From Heteronotia binoei (lineage: Eukaryota): a stretch of DNA of 64,000 nt. The translations under genes were made by a program, and so were the position numbers. The notes beneath the pieces are model-generated. The model was not told the origin of the DNA and ran no database searches. It saw nothing but the letters and a program-made list of their open reading frames with translations. Numbering within the stretch: position 1 is the stretch's first letter; every line of letters starts with the position of its first letter. Positions 59,316 to 64,000 of this stretch are shown piece after piece. The stretch is from assembly GCF_032191835.1 (NCBI RefSeq), contig NC_083243.1, positions 66,402,001 through 66,466,000 on the forward strand, written 5' to 3'.

Positions 59316-61328
59316 TCAGTAGTGTATTATATGCATCATTGCATATTTTGTAGGCAGAATTAATCACATGTAAACAGATATGTTTTATATCACTATAGCA
59401 TACATAAGAATAGAATAGCTATTATTGAATGCCATAAATGGTTTTGCTTACAGATCTTCATACTATGTGTTACAAGTGACTAAAATCTTCTTTAAAAAGC
59501 ATTTTACTCATTCCAAAGACAGAATATTTTATAGCTGCTCATAATTTCCAGTTTTTTTCTGAACAAACAACAAACTGCTTTGGAAAGAATGGCCACTCCA
59601 ACTCCTTCTGTGACCTCTCAGTATGCATTAAATGGTACTCCATTTAGGGCATCAAAATGGGGGGAAAGGGGGAAAATGCTCAAAATCCATCAACTAAATA
59701 GAGTAAAAAAAAATTAAGATTTTCAAGCAAGTCCATATGGAGTTGCCATCTATGTCATGCTTTCAAATATTGATAGAGTTCCAAGGCCCTCTATCCAATG
59801 ATTTACTGGAGGTGTGGATTGTTCACTGTTCATTTAGAAAAAAATATATATTTCTGTTTCTGTTAATCTGTAAGTGTTCTATTGGTTCAAATAGGAGAAA
59901 AATAGACTTCTCCAGAAATAAGGGGAAATGGTTTAAATATTCATGGTTTCTATAAGAAATGATTTTTGTTATTTTCTCATCCTAAAATAAAGATCATAGG
60001 TATACTGCATCCCTGTTCTCTAACACTGAAGTAATGGTAATTTGTGAAGATAGATGGTGGATTTTAGCGGTCACACACTGAATAGGCTAAAAGTAGTGAT
60101 GTTCAGTGAGAAAATGTTAAAAGTGAATCAAAACATGGATCGGTTTTTGATAAGGGAAAGTTTCTGATTATCAATAAAAACTTCCCTTCCGTTTTATTTC
60201 TGTTACTGTCATGTATGGTGGGCTAGCATCTGCTAAAGTTCATGAAGATGTTATTCTCAATTAATACAATGGCAAAATGATACTGTATGTTCTCTTTCTC
60301 TGAGTATGTTTATATTCAGCTTAATATGATGCACAATCTTCTACAAACTGGAAATAGCTATTGTATGTGTGGAAAGTTCGATTTATTTCTAACTGAAACC
60401 TACTTTGGATACATAATTGACATGCTTGTCTTCTAATTGTTGGGAAAGACATACTTTGTTACACATCTCTTGGAGAAAAGAATATTAGTTTATTTTTGTA
60501 GAACAAAACATTTTTCCAGCTAATACAGTTTCTCTCAGCTAGATGCAGTAGTGTGAATTTTGAAAATGTTAATAGTGTCATCTGATATAGCATGGTTAAC
60601 TTGACTTGCATTTAGAAAACAAAATTTTAAGAAGCACCATGTGTTAACGTTATGTCTCAATAGTGACAAATATTTGGAGTGAAATATTTGATTAGGAGAA
60701 AACATCACCTTTTGTTTAAATAGGGTTGCTATCCCCCAAATCGACGCAGAGGTTCCCCCACTTTTGTAGGCTCCTGTTCACCTATTGCCAGGTGGCAGGT
60801 GGGGGAGCCCCACCCCAACAGTATCAATGACAGTTGCCCTCTCCCTCCCCTCTTGGGAGATTTAAAGGGCCCTACAGATTGGCGGGCCTACCAGTCAGTT
60901 AGAGGGCCCTTTCAATCTCCCAAGAGGGGAGGGAGAGGGGTGGCTGTGGGCCCAGGAACAGGCACCTCATGCCTGGGCTCCAGAGTCGTGATTTTGCAGT
61001 TTGGAGTTCCTGCATGGGGAGCCCCCGCTTGCAAAATAAACAAATAAAAGGTTCCCTATAAATAGCTTTTTATCAAGCAGGGGCTGCAAAAATGCATGAA
61101 CTCAAAGTGGTAAATTCACCATTTTGGAATTCAGGTGTGTGGCGCCCGCTTGCATTGATAAAAATTCAGTGCTTGGTGAAGTAATTATTTTTATTATGAA
61201 TACCTGTTAAAAATGAAAAGAAAACGTAGCATGCACTTCTCTTAATTAATGAAATTTGAAGGAAAACAAAAACAGGAACACTGAAAACTGACACACTAAT
61301 TTTAGCTCACCCCCAAAAGTTTGTATGA

Positions 61329-61713
61329 CAGGGTCCCCAACCTTTATGAGCCTGTGGGCATCTTTGGAATGCTGACACAGGATGGTGGGCACAATGACAA
61401 AAATGGCCACCACAGGAGACAGACCCAACCGCAAAATGGTCACTATGGGAGGTGGAACCAGCTACACAGAGAGAAATCCTGAGTGCAAGAAACAAGAGGA
61501 ATCATTTTAAAAATACCCTGGGAATGAAGAGTGACATTATTTTAATTTAAAACATTATTTTAATCTGCACAGCCAGTCAAATTTCCAGTGGCCAATCAGA
61601 AGTCCTGCTGGGCAGGAACTCCATCTGCCCCCATCCACTTGCTAAAAGCAGTTGGGTACCAGGAAAAGTGTAGGGTGCCATAGCACCTATAGGCACCACA
61701 TTGGGGACCCCTA
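61329..61713. mobile_element. hAT-type non-autonomous element
   Basis: Termini CAGGGTCCCCAA / TTGGGGACCCCTA; weak TSD (5/8 match). Confidence 0.6.
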
Positions 61714-62236
61714 GTATATGATGATCAGTGATTATTTCAATATAATCCTCATTCGTGGAAGTTGCTGGGAGTCTTCACTTTCATTGTAACTCTAATGGAA
61801 TCATTTGCATTAGTTCCATAATGGGTAGTTGATGACAATGCTCCTACTATGTGAGAGAAAACAAACATATAAGTCTTTGGGCTTTTATTTGATCTGTCTA
61901 GTCAATCAGATTAGATTCTTATTTGAATTATGAAATGTATTTGAGGTTTTAATTTCTGCCCAATTTATTAATCAATAAAACACATGTACTGTATCATATA
62001 ATTCCTTGGGATAATAACCTGAAAAAATATTACTTACTGCTTTGAAATTGCTAATACTGCCTACTATTGTATTGATAATGGTATCTACTTTTACTAATGT
62101 ATCTATTTTACTAATTCTAATTTTTTAAAAAAGACTTTAAGAAATGGAAAATGTCCAGTGCTTTATTTTATTTTTCCTGGAGGGAAGGTGGAGAGGCAAC
62201 TGTCATTGATACTGTTGTGGGTGGGGCTTTCCCCAC

Positions 62237-62300
62237 CTGCCACCTGGCAATAGGCTGGACTAGATGACCCTGGATGTTCCTTCCATCTCTATGATTCCAT
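62237..62300 (+). mobile_element. CR1 3' terminal fragment
   Basis: GGCTGGACTAGATGACCCT...CCTTCCATCTCTATGATTCCATG. Confidence 0.65.
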
Positions 62301-62737
62301 GGAAAACTTTTCATTTGGGGAAATGTTCTACCCCACATCTCTGGCAAGGGAACAAGACCAATGGGAGTAATGCTGCTGTTGTCAGAAGCAGCCTCTGTTG
62401 GCAAAGCATATCATGTTTTCTGGCTGCAGTGCTAAAACACAGACTGATGTTTTATTTAGACTATTTGCTGCACAATGTTCTCATTAAGTTTCTCTCCCTT
62501 TCCCACATCTTGTGTCACTCTTGTTCCCCAGGTTCCATGCATACCACCATTGAGCTAAAATGTAGAGAAAACCAGATTGTGATGTGATTCCATATATTTT
62601 AATAGTTGCATTATGACTAATTCTCTCCTTTATATATTAAGCATAAAGTGCAGTTCTTGTGTCCTTTTCTGGCTACTTTTCTGATGAAAGACAGGTCAAA
62701 CATGGAGAAGAGTTCCTGCCCCAGTCAAGCCTGAGGT

Positions 62738-63012
62738 TAGAATCAGTTTGATGTAGTGGTTAAGTGTGTGGACTCTTATCTGGGAGAACGGTTTTGATTC
62801 CTCACTCCTCCACTTGCAGCTGCTGGAATGGCCTTGGGTCAGCCATAGCTCTCGCAGGAGTTGTCCTTGAAAGGGCAGCTGCTGTGAGAGCCCTCTTAGC
62901 CCTACCCACCTCACAGGGTGTCTGTTGTGGGGGGAGAAGATGTAGGCGATTGTAAGCCACTCTGAGTCTCTGATTCAGAGAGAAGGGTGGGGTATAAATC
63001 TGCAGTCTTCTT
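62738..63012 (+). mobile_element. Squam3-type SINE, full length
   Basis: Closely similar to 32966-33251 along its whole length. Confidence 0.85.
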
Positions 63013-63322
63013 AACTGCATGACTTTCCATGAAATATAGTTTAAATAAAAGAGAATTGGATGAGAGACCTCCAAGGAATTACCAGGGTTGTGACACAGAC
63101 AACCCATTGACTGTCTATTGCCTTGAAAAGTGGTCTCCATAAATCAACTCTGACTTGATGCACCCCTCCCCCCCCAAAAAAAGCTCAGCCCCGTATTCTT
63201 ATTCTCATTTTGAAAATTAAGTTCTTGAGAGGGAAGTGGGAGAGCAATGCAAAGTATATGCAGGGAGATTTCTTCATTTACTGATGTATTCACAAGCTAT
63301 TTGGAATGGAGGTAAAGAAGAA

Positions 63323-63625
63323 GAGCCCCGTGGCGCAGAGTGGTAAAGCTGCAGTATTGCAGTCCTAAGCTCTGCTCACAACCTGAGTTCGATCCCAGCA
63401 GAAGCTGGGTTCAGATAGTCGGCTCAAGGTTGACTCAGCCTTCCATCCTTCCGAGGTCGATAAAATGAGTACCCGGCTTGCTGGGGGGAAAGTGTAGATG
63501 GCTGGGGAAGGTAATGGCAAACCACCCTATAACTGAAAGTCTGCCAAGAAAACATTGTGATGTGATGTCACCCCATGCTTCAGTAATGACTCGGTGCTTG
63601 CACAGGGGACTACCTTTACCTTTTT
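63323..63625 (+). mobile_element. Sauria SINE, full length
   Basis: GAGCCCCGTGGCGCAGAGTGGTAAAGCTGCAG head, GAGTTCGATCCC box B, BovB-like GGGGAAGGTAATGGCAAACCAC block, ACCTTTACCTTT tail. Confidence 0.88.
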
Positions 63626-63798
63626 AAATATCTGAAAATATTGGATTGGATTTAGACTAAATTTTCCAATGACAGAATGGATCTTTCCTGCCTTCCCTCT
63701 CGTAGTGCACCTAAGTGTCATCAAAAATGCTGCCCCTCCGGGATATAAGGGCCCTGGGGGACAGCATGTGGGAAGTCTACAGTGAGGAGAGAAATCAG

Positions 63799-63904
63799 CT
63801 GGGGAAGGCAATGGCAAACTACCCCATAAAAAGTCTGCCGTGAAAACGTCAGAGTCGGAAACGACTGGTGCTTGCACAGGGGACTATCTTTATCTTTACC
63901 TTTT
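63799..63904 (+). mobile_element. Sauria SINE 3' fragment
   Basis: CTGGGGAAGGCAATGGCAAAC...GGTGCTTGCACAGGGGACTATCTTTATCTTTACCTTT. Confidence 0.8.
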
Positions 63905-64000
63905 AAAAGAACTGGAATGTAGACTTTATGAAAGTGCTTGCACCCCTGCTTAATTCAAAGTAAGTTCTGTGTATTTTTTTCTTTCAACATGTTTTAAGAG

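Larger units (their letters stand above)
15560..64000 (+). other. NOVA1: NOVA1 intron 2 (continues beyond the window)
   Basis: No sequence encoding the expected next exon (GTTERVCLIQG...) was found; vertebrate NOVA1 intron 2 is known to be very long. Confidence 0.8.

Noticed and set aside
15560-64000. NOVA1 exon 3 or any second host gene
   Set aside because: No GTTERVCLIQG-coding sequence and no other ORF with non-transposon protein features was seen on either strand
1-64000. CRISPR array or prokaryotic defence system (prompted by the methyltransferase and recombinase)
   Set aside because: No regularly spaced repeats; both domains are normal parts of a eukaryotic DIRS retrotransposon embedded in vertebrate intron DNA

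Overview
This is AT-rich vertebrate genomic DNA. The SINE/LINE/MITE content (Sauria-type and Squam2/Squam3-type SINEs, CR1, L2, RTE, hAT MITEs) points to a squamate reptile, probably a gecko; that assignment is inference. The only host gene is the 5' end of NOVA1, the neuronal KH-domain splicing factor, on the + strand. It shows a CpG-island promoter (~12.1-14.2 kb), coding exon 1 (13470-13605) and exon 2 (15416-15559). The remaining ~48 kb is intron 2; exon 3 is not in the window. Everything else recognisable is transposon-derived. The largest pieces are a 3'-truncated DIRS1-like tyrosine-recombinase retrotransposon (38299-43076), a decayed Ty1/Copia element (22457-26409, minus strand), a probable solo LTR and several CR1 LINEs. 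The best second-look items are: (1) the DIRS RT-RNaseH, adenine-methyltransferase-like and recombinase domains all lie in one reading frame; (2) two ~1.6 kb near-identical CR1 segments form an inverted pair inside the NOVA1 pre-mRNA; (3) candidate NOVA autoregulatory elements, namely a (UCAU)3 site and two stop-containing pseudo-exons next to YCAY clusters; (4) a recurring repeat family ending in a covarying hairpin. Coordinates, alignments and translations were done by eye; no database search was run. Repeat family names and many repeat boundaries are approximate.
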